Shown here in pieces: positions 10,459-22,838 of a stretch of DNA of 64,000 nucleotides. The stretch comes from Candidatus Delongbacteria bacterium. Its GTDB lineage: Bacteria; CAIWAD01. The stretch's first letter is position 1. Each line of letters opens with the position of its first letter. The stretch is from the NCBI GenBank assembly GCA_963663545.1, contig OY760505.1, positions 96,001 through 160,000 on the forward strand, written 5' to 3'. The position numbers and the translations under genes were made by a program. The notes beneath the pieces are model-generated. The model saw only the letters and a list, made by a program, of their open reading frames with translations, did not search any database and was not told where the DNA came from.

Positions 10459-11172
10459 ATGAAGGGCATCATCCTCGCCGGTGGTACCGGATCCCGCCTG
10501 CACCCCCTTACCAAAGTCACCAACAAGCATTTACTGCCCGTAGGCCGCGAGCCCATGATTTTTCACCCCGTACGCAAGCTGACGGAAGCCGGCATCAGCC
10601 AGATTCTGATCGTAACGGGCGTGGAACACATGGGCGATGTGGTCAACCTGTTGGGCAGTGGCCGTGACTTCGGCTGTCAGTTTACCTACAAGGTGCAGGA
10701 CGAAGCGGGAGGAATCGCACAGGCGTTGGGCTTGGCGGAGGAGTTTGTTGGCAGCCAGCGCATGGTGGTTCTGCTGGGCGACAACATCTTTGCCGATTCA
10801 TTGAAGTCGGTCGTCGATACCTTCGAAAACGAAGAAGCCGAGGCGCGCATCCTCTTGCGCCGAGTTCCCGATCCGGGACGCTATGGCGTGGCAGAAGTGG
10901 CCGGCGATCGTATTCTCTCCATTGAGGAAAAACCCGCTCATCCCAAGTCAGACCTGGCGGTGACCGGCGTTTACTTGTATCGTCCCGAGGTCTTTTCCAT
11001 TGTTCGCACGCTAAAACCTTCCGGGCGCGGCGAGTTGGAAATCACCGATGTGAATAACCATTTCATTCAGCGCGGAAGTCTGCGTTGGTCGCAGCTACAA
11101 GGTTGGTGGACCGATGCGGGGACTTTCGACTCGCTAGCATTGGCAAACAAACTTCTTGAGGAACAGGAATGA
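10459..11172 (+). CDS. Sugar-phosphate nucleotidyltransferase (glucose-1-phosphate thymidylyltransferase family, short form)
   Basis: MKGIILAGGTGSRLHPLT, NKHLLPV, LGDN, EEKP, SGRGELEITD and WTDAGT; ATG 10459 after GGAGG. Confidence 0.9.
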   Translation: MKGIILAGGTGSRLHPLTKVTNKHLLPVGREPMIFHPVRKLTEAGISQILIVTGVEHMGDVVNLLGSGRDFGCQFTYKVQDEAGGIAQALGLAEEFVGSQRMVVLLGDNIFADSLKSVVDTFENEEAEARILLRRVPDPGRYGVAEVAGDRILSIEEKPAHPKSDLAVTGVYLYRPEVFSIVRTLKPSGRGELEITDVNNHFIQRGSLRWSQLQGWWTDAGTFDSLALANKLLEEQE

Positions 11173-12470
11173 AGCTCACTGTCATCGGTACCGGATATGT
11201 CGGACTGGTTGCCGGCGTATGCTTTGCCGAAGTAGGCAACGATGTAACATGCGTGGATCTGGACCAGAGCAAGATTGATACCCTGAATCGGGGCGACATC
11301 CCTATTTACGAGCCTGGGCTACGCGAAACACTCGAGCGCGTCGTCCGCATGGGGCGTCTGCATTTCACCACCAGCACCGCTGATGCCATTCCCGGTTCCG
11401 ACGTGGCTTTCATCGCCGTCGGTACACCCCCAGACGAGGACGGAAGTGCTGACTTGCAGCATGTATTGGCAGCCGCAAGGGATATTGCCAGGGCTCAGGA
11501 CGGCTACCTGGTTGTGGTTGACAAGAGCACAGTACCCGTGGGTACCGCCGACAAAGTCCGCGAGGTGATGGCGCGTGAAGCTAAACACGAGTTTGACGTT
11601 GTCTCCAATCCCGAGTTCCTGAAGGAAGGCGCAGCCGTCAACGATTTCCTCAAGCCGGATCGAGTTGTGATCGGTGCCGACAACGAGCGCGCACGCGAGA
11701 TCATGCTGCAGCTCTACGGTCCTTTTGTGCGCACGGGCCATCCCATCATTACCATGGACGTGCACAGTGCCGAGCTCACCAAATATGCGGCCAACAGCCT
11801 GCTGGCAACGAAAATCTCCTTCATGAATGAAATCGCCCGGATCTGTGATCTGGTGGGGGCCAACGTGGATAGCGTGCGTCGCGGCATTGGCAGCGATAGT
11901 CGCATCGGTCCACAATTCCTATTTGCCGGCGCGGGATATGGCGGAAGCTGCTTCCCGAAGGACGTCAAGGCTATTGTCAAGACCTCAAAGAATCTTGGCT
12001 ATGAGTTCGAAATTCTCAATGCGGTCGAAAGCGTTAACGCCAAGCAGAAGCAGATCCTTGTAGACATGGCAAGGAAGACGGCGGGTGCAGATTTGAGCAG
12101 CAAGCGTGTCGTCTTGTGGGGGCTTTCGTTTAAGCCGCGCACCGATGATATGCGTGAAGCTCCCGCACTCGAGATTATCAAGGGGCTACACGAGATGGGT
12201 GCCGAAGTCGTGGCTTGGGATCCCGAGGCCATGAAGGAATGCCGCCGCCGTATTGGCGACACCATTACTTACGCGCCTACGCAATACGACGCTTTGAAGG
12301 ATGCCGATATCCTGATGCTGGTGACAGAGTGGTCGGACTTCCGCGAGCCGGATTTCAGCCGCATCCAGGAGCAGATGCGTGGGCGCCTGGTGCTGGATGG
12401 CCGCAATATCTGGGATCCTGCCAAGATGAAGTCGCTGGGCTTTGAGTATTACAGTATCGGCCGACCCTAG
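11169..12470 (+). CDS. ugd: UDP-glucose 6-dehydrogenase
   Basis: [38 protein letters not shown] and [10 protein letters not shown]. Confidence 0.93.
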   Translation: MKLTVIGTGYVGLVAGVCFAEVGNDVTCVDLDQSKIDTLNRGDIPIYEPGLRETLERVVRMGRLHFTTSTADAIPGSDVAFIAVGTPPDEDGSADLQHVLAAARDIARAQDGYLVVVDKSTVPVGTADKVREVMAREAKHEFDVVSNPEFLKEGAAVNDFLKPDRVVIGADNERAREIMLQLYGPFVRTGHPIITMDVHSAELTKYAANSLLATKISFMNEIARICDLVGANVDSVRRGIGSDSRIGPQFLFAGAGYGGSCFPKDVKAIVKTSKNLGYEFEILNAVESVNAKQKQILVDMARKTAGADLSSKRVVLWGLSFKPRTDDMREAPALEIIKGLHEMGAEVVAWDPEAMKECRRRIGDTITYAPTQYDALKDADILMLVTEWSDFREPDFSRIQEQMRGRLVLDGRNIWDPAKMKSLGFEYYSIGRP

Positions 12471-12479
12471 GAACGCTGC

Positions 12480-13415
12480 ATGAGAATTCTGGTAACAGGT
12501 GGCGCCGGTTTCATCGGTAGCCACCTGTGTCGCCGCCTATTGGCGGATGGACACGAAGTCACTTGCCTGGATAACTTCTTTACAGGCAGCCGCGAAAACG
12601 TACTTCCTCTGCTGGAGGATCACCGCTTTGAACTGGTGCGTCACGACATCACCCAGCCCATTTTGCTGGAAGTGGATCAGATCTATAATCTGGCTTGTCC
12701 GGCATCGCCAGTTCACTACCAGTACAATCCGGTGAAGACCGTGAAGACCAGCGTGATGGGTGCCATCAACATGCTGGGGCTGGCAAAACGAGTACACGCG
12801 CGCATTCTACATAGCTCCACCAGCGAGGTCTACGGCGACCCGAAAGTGCATCCGCAGACGGAGGATTACTGGGGCAATGTAAATCCCATAGGCCTCCGAT
12901 CGTGCTACGATGAGGGCAAGCGTGTTGCTGAAACCCTGATGTTTGACTACCACCGTCAGAACAAGGTGGATATTCGTGTCATTCGCATCTTCAATACGTA
13001 TGGACCGCGCATGGCGCTCAACGACGGTCGCGTTGTTTCCAACTTTATTCTGCAGGCGCTGCGCGGAGAAGATATTACCGTCTACGGCGAGGGGCAGCAG
13101 ACGCGCAGTTTCCAATACGTGAGCGATCTGATCGAGGCGATGATTCGCATGATGCGGCAGGATGGTTTTATTGGGCCGGTGAATCTGGGTAACCCTATCG
13201 AGTTCACCATCCTTGAGCTGGCCGAGCTGGTGATCGAGATGACCGGAAGCGCGTCACGCATTCGCCACGAGCCACTCCCCGGTGATGACCCCAAGGTGCG
13301 CAAACCGGATATCAGCCTGGCTCGCGAAAAATTGAACTGGGAGCCCGAGGTTCAACTGCGCGAAGGGCTGTCCAAGACCATCGCCTACTTCGAGGACCAA
13401 CTGACACGAGCATGA
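12480..13415 (+). CDS. UDP-glucuronate decarboxylase (UDP-xylose synthase family)
   Basis: [53 protein letters not shown] and DGRVVSNFI. Confidence 0.9.
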   Translation: MRILVTGGAGFIGSHLCRRLLADGHEVTCLDNFFTGSRENVLPLLEDHRFELVRHDITQPILLEVDQIYNLACPASPVHYQYNPVKTVKTSVMGAINMLGLAKRVHARILHSSTSEVYGDPKVHPQTEDYWGNVNPIGLRSCYDEGKRVAETLMFDYHRQNKVDIRVIRIFNTYGPRMALNDGRVVSNFILQALRGEDITVYGEGQQTRSFQYVSDLIEAMIRMMRQDGFIGPVNLGNPIEFTILELAELVIEMTGSASRIRHEPLPGDDPKVRKPDISLAREKLNWEPEVQLREGLSKTIAYFEDQLTRA

Positions 13416-15058
13416 AAGCAGGATTCGCATGCTACGCGTTGCTGCTTTTGATCACGGCCTGTGCGAGGATCGAGACCCCGCCCGGAGGGCCACCCGACCG
13501 GCAGGCACCGCGCGTGATCCATTCTCAACCAGAGAGTGGCAGCATCGGCGTTGTCACCGACGTTGTGTTTCGCATTCGCTTTGATGAGTGGGTAGACCGC
13601 GCTCGCACAACGGCAGACACTTATCTCAGTCCGTGGTTCGAACCAGGCTTGGAAACACACTGGTCCGGCAAGGAACTGGTGATCCGCCCTCGAGAGCCCT
13701 TACCCACCGGGCGTACCTGGTTGCTGGAGATCGGCACCGGCTGCAGAGACCTGGCAGGAAATCCTCTTGCCGAACCCTTTCAGCTTCTCTTTTCCACCGG
13801 CACTACCATCGATCGCGGCGCGGTGCATGGCACCGTCATTGGTGCAAAGGAAACCGCCAATGTGCAGGTTTGGGCCTGGCCTGCAGCGGAGACTCCCAGG
13901 CGGGCTTTTGCCGAATCGCCCTGGCGAACGCGCATTGACGCTACAGGAAGCTTTCGACTGGAGGCACTACCAGAGGGCGAGTATTTTCTTTTGGCTGTCG
14001 AAGACGCCGATCATGATGCGCGCTGGGATTTTCTAAGCGAATCCGCAGCGGTTCCACAGCGAGCTTGTAACACGGCGGATCCATTGCCGCTTCGTCTGCG
14101 ACTGAGCCCTGATCTTGGTTTGGATAGCCTGAGTCTGAAGAGCGTGATTGCACCTGATCCCTGGCACCTTTTGCTGCGTGCTGTACTGGAGCCGGTGCAG
14201 GATCGTGGTGTGCGTGTTACGGATCCTGAGCACTTGAAGCGCCTGCGCAAACAACAACTTCGGGCGTATCACGCCGATGGACACCAACTCATATTGTTGG
14301 ATCTGGCCGCAGTAGGCGATCAGTGGCTACTGGAGACTACACGCATGGACAGCCTGGGCGGCTTTTTGTTGGCGCCTGCGATTGGTGATACGCTGCAGAT
14401 TCCACCCGCAATGGCGGATACTGTGATCGCGCCTTTTGCCGGCCTTCCTCCGCAGAAGACAGACGAAGCTGGCGTGTTGGAGTGGCTTCCCCGGCGTGCA
14501 GTTCATGTGGACAGCAGTCTGCGCGCGCATCTATTTCAATCGGACGACAGTCTGGGGCGTGAGCTGCTCCCCGAGAGCGGTGGCGGTCTTCGTTTACGTT
14601 GGCAATTGGGCGACAGTCTGCGGCAGGCGCGCCTTGAACTGCCTGCCGGACTTCTGCGCCTCGCCGATGGCGGCCTATGGCCTGACAGCCTCTTAACCCT
14701 GCAGATCCAGTCCCCGCCGCGTGTATCACGCAAACATACAGGTGACGTTCAGTTGCTGATTCCCGGTATGGTCGACGACCGTCGTCGGCAGGGGTGGGTT
14801 CTCGTGAGCCGGCAAGGTGGAGAAGTTGTACGACAAGATCCCTTACACGATGAGGAGCTTCTACTGGAGAATGTTCCGGAGGGCTTCCTTACGTTCAGTC
14901 TCTTCCAGGATCGGAATCGTGATACACAATGGAATCCTGGTATTGTATCTCCTTTTGCAGCCGCTGAGCCGTGGATTCAACTCGCTGATACAGTTGAGGT
15001 GATCGCGGGTTGGCGACAGGAACGAAAAGTGCTTCACAGCCCGGAGGAGTGGGAATGA
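13412..15058 (+). CDS. Lipoprotein with Ig-like (Big_5-type) domain
   Basis: Lipobox LITAC followed by PPGGPPD..AP, FDEWV and DLAGN, as in FCB-group Ig-like lipoproteins. Confidence 0.65.
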   Translation: MKAGFACYALLLLITACARIETPPGGPPDRQAPRVIHSQPESGSIGVVTDVVFRIRFDEWVDRARTTADTYLSPWFEPGLETHWSGKELVIRPREPLPTGRTWLLEIGTGCRDLAGNPLAEPFQLLFSTGTTIDRGAVHGTVIGAKETANVQVWAWPAAETPRRAFAESPWRTRIDATGSFRLEALPEGEYFLLAVEDADHDARWDFLSESAAVPQRACNTADPLPLRLRLSPDLGLDSLSLKSVIAPDPWHLLLRAVLEPVQDRGVRVTDPEHLKRLRKQQLRAYHADGHQLILLDLAAVGDQWLLETTRMDSLGGFLLAPAIGDTLQIPPAMADTVIAPFAGLPPQKTDEAGVLEWLPRRAVHVDSSLRAHLFQSDDSLGRELLPESGGGLRLRWQLGDSLRQARLELPAGLLRLADGGLWPDSLLTLQIQSPPRVSRKHTGDVQLLIPGMVDDRRRQGWVLVSRQGGEVVRQDPLHDEELLLENVPEGFLTFSLFQDRNRDTQWNPGIVSPFAAAEPWIQLADTVEVIAGWRQERKVLHSPEEWE

Positions 15059-16161
15059 CCAACAATACGTATGCGGTGATCATGGCAGGAGGCGTTGGTG
15101 CCCGTTTCTGGCCCCTGTCGCGCATGGAGCGCCCCAAGCAATTCCTGAGCGTCTTTGGCGAGCAGAGCCTGATCGAGGACACCGTGGATCGCCTGCGCAA
15201 GCGCATTGATCCGCAGCGCATTCTCATTATCACCAATCATTTGCACGAAGATCGTACCCGCGAACTGTTTCCCTGGCTGCCGCAAGACAATATCATCGGC
15301 GAGCCGATGGGACGTAATACAGCGGCCTGCGTCGCCCTGGCGGCTCTGATCCTCGCCGATCGCGATCCCGACGCGCGCATGATCGTGCTGCCTGCCGATC
15401 ATTTCATCGGCGACGAAGAGGAATTCCTCTGCACCCTCGAACGCGCCATTTCAGCCTGCCGCTCTGGGCACCTGGTCACCCTGGGCATTCAACCCACAAG
15501 TCCTGAAACCGGCTACGGCTACATTCAGCACGAAGCCGAAGAGTTGGCCCCGGGCATTCATCCTGTGCGCACTTTTGCCGAGAAGCCCAATTACGACACC
15601 GCGCTTCTGTTTCTGAAGAGCGGCGATTTCTTGTGGAACAGCGGCATCTTCATCTGGGAGGTGGAGGCGATCATCGATGGATTCGAACGCTGGCTGCCCG
15701 ATCTCTGGGAAGTGCTGCAGGAGCTGCGCCCTCACTTGACAAGCCCGCGTTTTCACGAAGTCCTGTTGGCGTGCTACCAGCGTCTGCAGCCAGTTTCCAT
15801 CGATATTGGCATCATGGAACCGGCTTCGCGTCAGAAGGGAAAAGTACGCGTGATACGTGCCAGCTTCCCCTGGAATGATGTTGGTACGTGGGCGGAAGTG
15901 TACCGCATGCGTGATAAGGACGAGTTGGGCAATGCCGTGCACAGCCTCAGTCGCGAGTTTGATAAGCCGCCGGTGATCATGATCGACTCAAATCAGAACC
16001 TGGTCATGACCGAACAGCGAGCGGTCGCGCTGGTGGGAATTCAAAAGGCCATCGTCATTGATACCGCAGACGCGCTGCTGGTGTGTCACCAGGATCATCA
16101 TCAGGACGTACGCCATGTGATCCAACGCTTGAAGGAAGACGGCTATCACGAATTGCTGTGA
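15055..16161 (+). CDS. manC: Mannose-1-phosphate guanylyltransferase
   Basis: VIMAGGVGARFWPLSR..PKQF, EPMGRNTA, LPADH, ETGYGYI, FAEKP, WNSGIF and WNDVGTW. Confidence 0.93.
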   Translation: MTNNTYAVIMAGGVGARFWPLSRMERPKQFLSVFGEQSLIEDTVDRLRKRIDPQRILIITNHLHEDRTRELFPWLPQDNIIGEPMGRNTAACVALAALILADRDPDARMIVLPADHFIGDEEEFLCTLERAISACRSGHLVTLGIQPTSPETGYGYIQHEAEELAPGIHPVRTFAEKPNYDTALLFLKSGDFLWNSGIFIWEVEAIIDGFERWLPDLWEVLQELRPHLTSPRFHEVLLACYQRLQPVSIDIGIMEPASRQKGKVRVIRASFPWNDVGTWAEVYRMRDKDELGNAVHSLSREFDKPPVIMIDSNQNLVMTEQRAVALVGIQKAIVIDTADALLVCHQDHHQDVRHVIQRLKEDGYHELL

Positions 16162-16221
16162 TACAATACTACCTGCCGCAGAGCGTAGCCCTTTTTGTAC
16201 ATCTTCGGTACTTTAGTAAGT

Positions 16222-16554
16222 ATGAATCGCAAGACGGAAACCCGGGAGGACCGGGCCCGGGAATTCCGGGAGCAGGAACTGCTGCGTGATCTGGAAGAAG
16301 CCGCCAGGCGTCTTGGGATACGCGTACGCACCGAACGAGGCACTTTCCGTTCGGATCTCTGCGAGGTCCAGGGTGAAAGCATGATCATTCTCAATCGCCG
16401 TCTGTCCACGGCAGACCGTGCCACAGTGCTGGCGCGCATTCTGTGTCGATTGGATCTTGAAGAAGTCCATTTGTCGCCAAGAACGAGGGAGTTTTTGGAA
16501 GAGTGTCGCCAGGAACCGGCCGGGGAATCGGGAAACCAGGGGGAAGAGGAATGA
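16222..16554 (+). CDS. Small hypothetical protein
   Basis: Intact ORF filling the gap between manC and the Crp gene, overlapping the Crp start; start uncertain. Confidence 0.6.
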   Translation: MNRKTETREDRAREFREQELLRDLEEAARRLGIRVRTERGTFRSDLCEVQGESMIILNRRLSTADRATVLARILCRLDLEEVHLSPRTREFLEECRQEPAGESGNQGEEE

Positions 16555-17234
16555 CCGATCCGCTGTTTTTACGCAGTGTCCTGCTTTTTGAGGACCTTGA
16601 AGACGCCGACTTGATCAAAGTGGCCGATCGCTTGTCAGCCAAACGCTATCGAAAAAATAATCTGATCATTTTCGAAGAGGATGAGGGCCGCACGCTCTAC
16701 ATCATTCGTAGTGGGCGGGTTAAAATCTCGCGGGTCAATACCTCTGGCGAAGAAGTGATTCTAGCCATCCTGGGACCCAGCGATTTCTTCGGCGAACTAT
16801 CCATTATTGATGCGGGCCCGCGCAGTGCAACGGTGACTTCACTGGAAGAGGTGGAGCTCTTGGGATTGCGCGGTGAAGACTTTTTCGACCTGATTCGCGC
16901 CTTTCCGCAAATTGCCATTTCACTGCTCAAGCTCATGGCAACACGTTTGCGCCGCACCGACGCCCATCTGGTGTCCTTGTCCACGTTGGATGCGCGCGGA
17001 CGTGTGATTGCCACTCTGCGCAATCTCGCCACTGATCTGGGCTGCAACGACGGTGAGGACACGCTGCTGTTGTCCAATCTGCCGCTTCAACGTGACCTTG
17101 CCTCCATCGCAGGAACGAGCCGCGAAACCATGTCCCGCCTGCTGACGAAGCTCGAGCAGGAAGGTTGGCTCGAGCGAGTGGGGCAGGACCTCCGCATCAA
17201 ACGATATAGTGAGTTTCAACGCCTGCGCGCTTGA
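16551..17234 (+). CDS. Crp/Fnr family transcriptional regulator
   Basis: cNMP-binding domain (FFGELSII...PRSAT) and HTH (QRDLASIAGTSRETMSRLL). Confidence 0.93.
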   Translation: MTDPLFLRSVLLFEDLEDADLIKVADRLSAKRYRKNNLIIFEEDEGRTLYIIRSGRVKISRVNTSGEEVILAILGPSDFFGELSIIDAGPRSATVTSLEEVELLGLRGEDFFDLIRAFPQIAISLLKLMATRLRRTDAHLVSLSTLDARGRVIATLRNLATDLGCNDGEDTLLLSNLPLQRDLASIAGTSRETMSRLLTKLEQEGWLERVGQDLRIKRYSEFQRLRA

Positions 17235-17270
17235 GGCTGCGGGCGCCTTACACAACCAAAAGAGATCTGC

Positions 17271-19442
17271 ATGAGCGATCAATCCAAACCAAAACAGGAC
17301 AAGCTCTTTGCCGAGTTTCCTCCCAGCACCTATGCCGAGTGGAAAACCGAAGCAGAAGCTTCACTCAAGGGAGCGCCCTTTGAGAAAGTCCTGCATACGC
17401 GCACGCCTGAGGGAGTGGAACTCAGGCCCTTGTATTACAAAGACGACTTGGCGGAATTGCCGCACCTGGACAAATCCGGTGTGTCACTGCCAACAACCGC
17501 AGGGCGACGTCCAGCGGGTCCTCCCAACACCTGGTGGGTGCGTCAGCGGCTTGCGGCCGTTGACCCCGTCGAGTTCAATCGCATCCTGAAGCTCGACATG
17601 GCCCGTGGTCAGAATTCCATTGCCCTCTCGCTGGATCGCTGGAGCCGCCGCGGTGCAGATCCGCTGACCACGGGTTCGGCGGAAGCCAACATCGATCAGC
17701 AGTCTTTCATGGACACTTGTTTCACGCACATCAACCTGGTAACGAAGCTGTTTGAGGATGTGGATCTGCGCGATGTGCCTCTTTCCATTGACCCGGGCAG
17801 TTCCAGTGTGCAGACCGTGGCAATGCTGCTGGCACTCTGTCAACGCAACGATTGGTTGCCCAGCCGTTTGCGCCTGGATCTGGAAACCGACTTTTTCAGT
17901 CAACTAGCCTTGACTGGATCCCTGCCCAGGTCTTTCGCCGTCTTGCTGCCGCCGCTGGCCGATCTTTTCAAACTGGCCGACGAAGAGCACACCGATTGGG
18001 GACTGCTGCGTGTTTCCGGCGTTTGCTGGCACGAAGCGGGTGCGAGCGCGGTGCAGGAGCTGGCCGTGGTTCTGGCCGCTGGCGCAGAGAATTTCCGTTT
18101 GCTGGGCGATGCCGGTGTTAGCATAGATTCCATTGCCCGTCGCACGCGCATGAGCCTTGGCCTGGGGCGCGATCTTTTCATGCAAGTCGCCAAGATCCGC
18201 GCTGCGCGCCTGCTGTGGGCCAATCTCTGCCAGGGCTTTGACGTTGACGCTTCGCATCATCAGATTCCCATTCATGCACAGGGTTCTTCGGTGTATCACA
18301 CGCGCCGCGATCCCTGGACGAATCTGCTGCGGGATACCGTGCAGGCTTTTGCCGGTGCTGTTGGTGGAGCCGATAGCATGCACTGTAGCACCATGGCGGA
18401 TGGCCTGGGTGTTCCCAATGACTTCCAGCGACGCATGGCCCGCAACACGCAAGTGATCCTGAAGGAAGAAGCGCATCTGGACAAGGTTTTGGACCCTGCC
18501 GCGGGTTCATGGTACATCGAGAACCTGACGGATTCACTTGCCCGCAGCGCCTGGGAACGCTTCCAGGAACTCGAGCAGCTAGGCGGTCTCTTTGCCGCCA
18601 TGCGCCGCGGTGTTCCCCAACAGTGGATGGCCGCTTGTCGCGAAGAACGTCGTAGCGGTATTGCCAGTCGCCGCGAAGTGCTGGTGGGCACCAACAAGTA
18701 TCCGCTTCTGAACGAAGAGCCGGTTGCTTTCGAGCTGCCGGATACTTTCAACCTGCGCTCTGTGACGACGCATGATCAGCAGACGCCGCGCGGTGATACA
18801 TGGCGCAGAGAGTTGAAACTGGCAGCAGAGCACACAGGACCCGCGCGCATTCGTCAGCTGGCACGTGCCCTGAACGCGGGCGCCGCACTATACGAGATCA
18901 GCGATCTGGTTTGGGCAGGCAGCGCCGACGATGCTCTGGGCGAGGCCGTTACTCCCGTTGCGCTTCAGCGTGCTTCCGAAGAAATGGAGCATCTGCGCGA
19001 TCAAGCCGATCGTTACATGGCGGACAACGATAATCAGCGCCCCAGCGTATTCTTGGCCAATATGGGCCCGTTGAAGCAGCACAAGGCGCGTGCGGATTTC
19101 AGTCGTGGCTTCCTTGAATGCGGTGGTTTTGAAGTTCTTTCCCCCGCAGGTTTTGCAACGCCGCAGGCGGCTGCGGAAGCTGCTGCAAAAACAGCGGCCT
19201 GTGCGGTGGTGTTGTGTTCCACCGACGATACCTACGCTGAACTTGCCGGACCTTTTGTGGACGCCCTACGCAAGCTGGAGCAAGAGGGAGGCCAGATGCG
19301 CCGCCTGATTTTGCTGGCGGGATATCCCAAGGATCAGGTCCACGATCTGATCGACGCCGGCGTGGAGGAGTTCATTCATCTCAAGGCGGATCTACCCGCC
19401 GTTTTGGATCACCTGTTCAATCGACTGGGGGTGCAATCATGA
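17271..19442 (+). CDS. mutA: Methylmalonyl-CoA mutase small (non-catalytic) subunit
   Basis: [37 protein letters not shown] and VGTNKYP; C-terminal domain lacks DxHxxG. Confidence 0.88.
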   Translation: MSDQSKPKQDKLFAEFPPSTYAEWKTEAEASLKGAPFEKVLHTRTPEGVELRPLYYKDDLAELPHLDKSGVSLPTTAGRRPAGPPNTWWVRQRLAAVDPVEFNRILKLDMARGQNSIALSLDRWSRRGADPLTTGSAEANIDQQSFMDTCFTHINLVTKLFEDVDLRDVPLSIDPGSSSVQTVAMLLALCQRNDWLPSRLRLDLETDFFSQLALTGSLPRSFAVLLPPLADLFKLADEEHTDWGLLRVSGVCWHEAGASAVQELAVVLAAGAENFRLLGDAGVSIDSIARRTRMSLGLGRDLFMQVAKIRAARLLWANLCQGFDVDASHHQIPIHAQGSSVYHTRRDPWTNLLRDTVQAFAGAVGGADSMHCSTMADGLGVPNDFQRRMARNTQVILKEEAHLDKVLDPAAGSWYIENLTDSLARSAWERFQELEQLGGLFAAMRRGVPQQWMAACREERRSGIASRREVLVGTNKYPLLNEEPVAFELPDTFNLRSVTTHDQQTPRGDTWRRELKLAAEHTGPARIRQLARALNAGAALYEISDLVWAGSADDALGEAVTPVALQRASEEMEHLRDQADRYMADNDNQRPSVFLANMGPLKQHKARADFSRGFLECGGFEVLSPAGFATPQAAAEAAAKTAACAVVLCSTDDTYAELAGPFVDALRKLEQEGGQMRRLILLAGYPKDQVHDLIDAGVEEFIHLKADLPAVLDHLFNRLGVQS

Positions 19443-21589
19443 GCAAGAAGCCTGATTTCACGACCCTTCCTTATGCACCACCCAAATTTCTCTCTCGCTC
19501 CACCGGCACGGTCTGGAATACGCCGGAGCAGGTAAAAGTGAAGCCTGCCTATACCGACGCCGACCTGCAGGAATTGGAACACCTGGACTACACGGCGGGT
19601 CTGCCGCCCTATCTGCGCGGCCCCTATCCGACCATGTATGTATCACGACCCTGGACGGTGCGCCAGTATGCCGGCTTCAGTACAGCCGAAGAGTCCAACG
19701 CCTTCTACCGTCGCAACCTGGCGGCTGGCCAGAAAGGGCTTTCGATCGCCTTTGATCTGGCCACTCACCGCGGTTATGATTCTGATCATCCCCGCGTAGT
19801 GGGCGATGTGGGCAAGGCGGGTGTAGCCATCGATTCCATTTTGGACATGCGCATTCTTTTCGATCAGATTCCGCTGGACCAGATGTCGGTTTCGATGACC
19901 ATGAACGGTGCGGTGCTGCCCATCATGGCACTCTATATCGTAGCCGCAGAAGAGCAGGGCGTCAGCCGTGAGAAGCTGGCGGGGACCATTCAGAACGACA
20001 TCCTCAAAGAGTTCATGGTCCGTAATACCTACATCTACCCACCTGAACCCTCGATGCGCATCATCGGCGACATCTTCCGCTATTGCAGCGAAGAGATGCC
20101 CAAGTTCAACTGCATCTCCATCTCCGGCTACCACATGCAGGAGGCGGGTGCTACCGCCGATATCGAACTTGCCTACACACTGGCGGACGGTCTGGAGTAC
20201 CTGCGCACGGGTATTCGCGCTGGCCTAACGGTAGATCAGTTCGCACCGCGTCTGAGCTTCTTCTGGGCCATCGGTATGAACTACTTCATGGAAGTGGCCA
20301 AGATGCGTGCTGCGCGACTGCTTTGGGCCAAACTGGTGAAGCAGTTCGATCCCAAGAATCCCAAATCGATGAGCCTGCGCACCCACAGCCAGACTTCTGG
20401 CTGGTCGCTGACGGAGCAGGACCCCTTCAATAATGTGGCCCGCACAACCATTGAGGCCCTGGGTGCCGCACTGGGACACACGCAGTCGCTGCACACCAAT
20501 TCGCTTGACGAGGCCATTGCCCTGCCAACGGATTTCAGTGCCCGCATTGCGCGTAACACACAGCTGCTCTTGCAGGAAGAGACGGGAATCTGCCGCGTTG
20601 TCGATCCCTGGGGGGGCAGCTATTACGTCGAGCATCTGACCAACGACCTGGCGCATCGCGCCTGGGAGCTGATTCAGGAAGTGGAAGAGCTGGGGGGCAT
20701 GGCCAAAGCCATCGAGTCCGGTCTACCCAAAATGCGCATCGAAGAAGCCGCCGCTCGTCGTCAAGCGCGCATCGACGCTGGCAAGGATACTATCGTAGGC
20801 CTGAACAAGTACCGGCTGGAACAAGAAGATCCCGTCGAGATCCTCGAAGTGGACAATTCCGCCGTGCGCGAAGCGCAGATTGCCCGTTTGAACAAACTGC
20901 GCGCCGAGCGAGACAAGGATGAGGTTCAGAGCTGCCTGAAGGCACTAAGCAACTGTGCCGCCGATCCCGCAGGCGAGGGCAATCTGCTGGATCTGGCCGT
21001 CAAGGCGGTGCGCGCCCGTGCCAGCCTGGGCGAAATCAGTGATGCCTTGGAAGAGGTCTACGGACGTCACCGCGCTACTCAGCGCAGCATCGCCGGTGTA
21101 TATTCCAGTGAGGCGAGCGAGATGGATAATTTCCAGCGCGTACGTCAGATGTGCCAGAAATTCGAAGAGCTGGAAGGCCGCAGGCCGCGCATTCTGGTGG
21201 TCAAGCTGGGACAGGACGGCCACGACCGCGGCGCCAAGGTCGTTAGCACGGCTTATGCTGATATGGGCTTCGACGTGGACGTGGGTCCGCTTTTCCAGAC
21301 GCCGGAAGAAGCCGCGCGTCAGGCGGTGGAGAACGACGTTCACATCGTGGGCATGAGTTCTCTGGCCGCAGGACACAAAACTCTGCTGCCACAGCTGATG
21401 GCTGAGCTGAAGAAGCTGGGCCGCGATGATATCATGGTCATCGCAGGTGGTGTGATTCCGGCTCAGGATTACGAGTTCCTTTACGAAGCGGGCGCGGCCT
21501 GCATCTTCGGCCCCGGCACGGTCATTCCCGATGCCGCGCTGGATATGCTGTGCAAGCTGGCTACCAGTTTGGAACTCGAGCTGGAGTAA
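19439..21589 (+). CDS. scpA: Methylmalonyl-CoA mutase large (B12-binding) subunit
   Basis: [40 protein letters not shown] and B12 motif GQDGHDRG. Confidence 0.97.
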   Translation: MSKKPDFTTLPYAPPKFLSRSTGTVWNTPEQVKVKPAYTDADLQELEHLDYTAGLPPYLRGPYPTMYVSRPWTVRQYAGFSTAEESNAFYRRNLAAGQKGLSIAFDLATHRGYDSDHPRVVGDVGKAGVAIDSILDMRILFDQIPLDQMSVSMTMNGAVLPIMALYIVAAEEQGVSREKLAGTIQNDILKEFMVRNTYIYPPEPSMRIIGDIFRYCSEEMPKFNCISISGYHMQEAGATADIELAYTLADGLEYLRTGIRAGLTVDQFAPRLSFFWAIGMNYFMEVAKMRAARLLWAKLVKQFDPKNPKSMSLRTHSQTSGWSLTEQDPFNNVARTTIEALGAALGHTQSLHTNSLDEAIALPTDFSARIARNTQLLLQEETGICRVVDPWGGSYYVEHLTNDLAHRAWELIQEVEELGGMAKAIESGLPKMRIEEAAARRQARIDAGKDTIVGLNKYRLEQEDPVEILEVDNSAVREAQIARLNKLRAERDKDEVQSCLKALSNCAADPAGEGNLLDLAVKAVRARASLGEISDALEEVYGRHRATQRSIAGVYSSEASEMDNFQRVRQMCQKFEELEGRRPRILVVKLGQDGHDRGAKVVSTAYADMGFDVDVGPLFQTPEEAARQAVENDVHIVGMSSLAAGHKTLLPQLMAELKKLGRDDIMVIAGGVIPAQDYEFLYEAGAACIFGPGTVIPDAALDMLCKLATSLELELE

Positions 21590-21610
21590 CGCAGAGAAAC
21601 AGACGCTGAC

Positions 21611-21650
21611 GAGGAGGGCGGTTTGCCGCCCTCTTCCTTTCCGCAAAGGA
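21611..21650 (+). promoter_or_regulatory. Intergenic stem-loops between scpA and meaB
   Basis: GAGGGCGG-TTTG-CCGCCCTC (21614-21633) followed by TCCTTT-CCGC-AAAGGA (21635-21650). Confidence 0.5.
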
Positions 21651-21658
21651 CTCCTCCC

Positions 21659-22663
21659 GTGACACAACAGCGCCCTCGTCGTGGGCCCGGATTGGATCAG
21701 CTTGAGCAAGGGTTGCGTGCTGGCGACCGTGGCATGCTGGCTCGTGCCATTACGTTGGTGGAGAGTCGCCGTGAGATCGATGCGCTGGACGCCGCCGAAC
21801 TGCTGCGGCGAGTACAGGACTCGCCGAGCCGTGCGCTGCGTCTTGGAGTAACCGGACCACCCGGTGCAGGAAAAAGCACGCTGATCGACGCCCTCGGTTG
21901 TCGTCTTGTGGACAACGGGCATCGCGTGGCCGTGCTTGCGGTAGATCCCAGCAGTACACTTTCGGGCGGCTCGATCCTTGGCGATAAAACGCGCATGGAG
22001 CAGCTTTCACAGCGCCAAGAGGCCTTTATTCGACCCTCACCATCGGCGGGATCTTTGGGAGGAGTGGCTCGCCGTACGCGCGAAAGCCTGCGTTTCTGCG
22101 AGGTGGCCGGCTACGATGTGGTCATCGTCGAGACCGTAGGTGTAGGCCAAAGTGAAGTCCAGGTGCGCCAACTCTGCGATGTCTTTCTCTTGATCCTACT
22201 GGCGGGTTCGGGTGATGATCTGCAAGGCATCAAGCGCGGCATCATGGAATTGGCCGATCTGCATTGCATCAACAAGGCCGATGGTGAGAACAAACATGCC
22301 GCGTTGAAGGCGCAGAGTGATTTTGGCACCGCCGTCCACATGCTTCCGCCGCTGCATCCAGGGTGGTCTCCACCGGTGATGACGGCCTCCGCAATGACCG
22401 GCGAAGGGCTTGGCGAGCTATGGGAGAAGATTTCTGCCTGCTACGCCTTTCTGAGCGAGCACGAACTGCTGGCCGAGCTTCGCCGTGAGCAGGAACTCTA
22501 CTGGTTCGAACAGCAGCTGCAAGAGCGCGTTCTGGCCGCCTTTTTCGCCCGACCCGAGATTGCGGGCAGTCTGGGTGAGCTGCGCCAGCAAGTGGAGCAG
22601 GGGCAATTGCCAGCGGAAGTCGCCGTGCATCGCCTGCTGCACCCTACCGCGACTCAGTTGTAG
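21659..22663 (+). CDS. meaB: Methylmalonyl-CoA mutase-associated GTPase MeaB
   Basis: GVTGPPGAGKST, VDPSS..SGGSILGDKTRM, FIRPSPS, ETVGVGQSE and NKAD; GTG start at 21659 chosen after AAAGGA. Confidence 0.93.
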   Translation: MTQQRPRRGPGLDQLEQGLRAGDRGMLARAITLVESRREIDALDAAELLRRVQDSPSRALRLGVTGPPGAGKSTLIDALGCRLVDNGHRVAVLAVDPSSTLSGGSILGDKTRMEQLSQRQEAFIRPSPSAGSLGGVARRTRESLRFCEVAGYDVVIVETVGVGQSEVQVRQLCDVFLLILLAGSGDDLQGIKRGIMELADLHCINKADGENKHAALKAQSDFGTAVHMLPPLHPGWSPPVMTASAMTGEGLGELWEKISACYAFLSEHELLAELRREQELYWFEQQLQERVLAAFFARPEIAGSLGELRQQVEQGQLPAEVAVHRLLHPTATQL

Positions 22664-22793
22664 GGTAGCGCCTGCCGCAGGAACGCGGCAAGCTTTTCCC
22701 GGTAGGGCGGCCTCTGCCGCTTCGCGGGTTTTGTCTACGGCATAATCCTTGGCTAAGCCTAGAAATTTCAACAGGTGAGAACTCCTGAACTTC

Positions 22794-22809
22794 TGGCATT
22801 CCAATTGCT
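22794..22809 (+). promoter_or_regulatory. Putative sigma-54 (-24/-12) promoter
   Basis: TGGCATTCCAATTGCT = TGGCA-N6-TTGCT with exact GG-N10-GC spacing, about 30 bp upstream of the ATG at 22839. Confidence 0.6.
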
Positions 22810-22838
22810 ATTCCTCCGCTGAGCAGAATGGAGGACGC

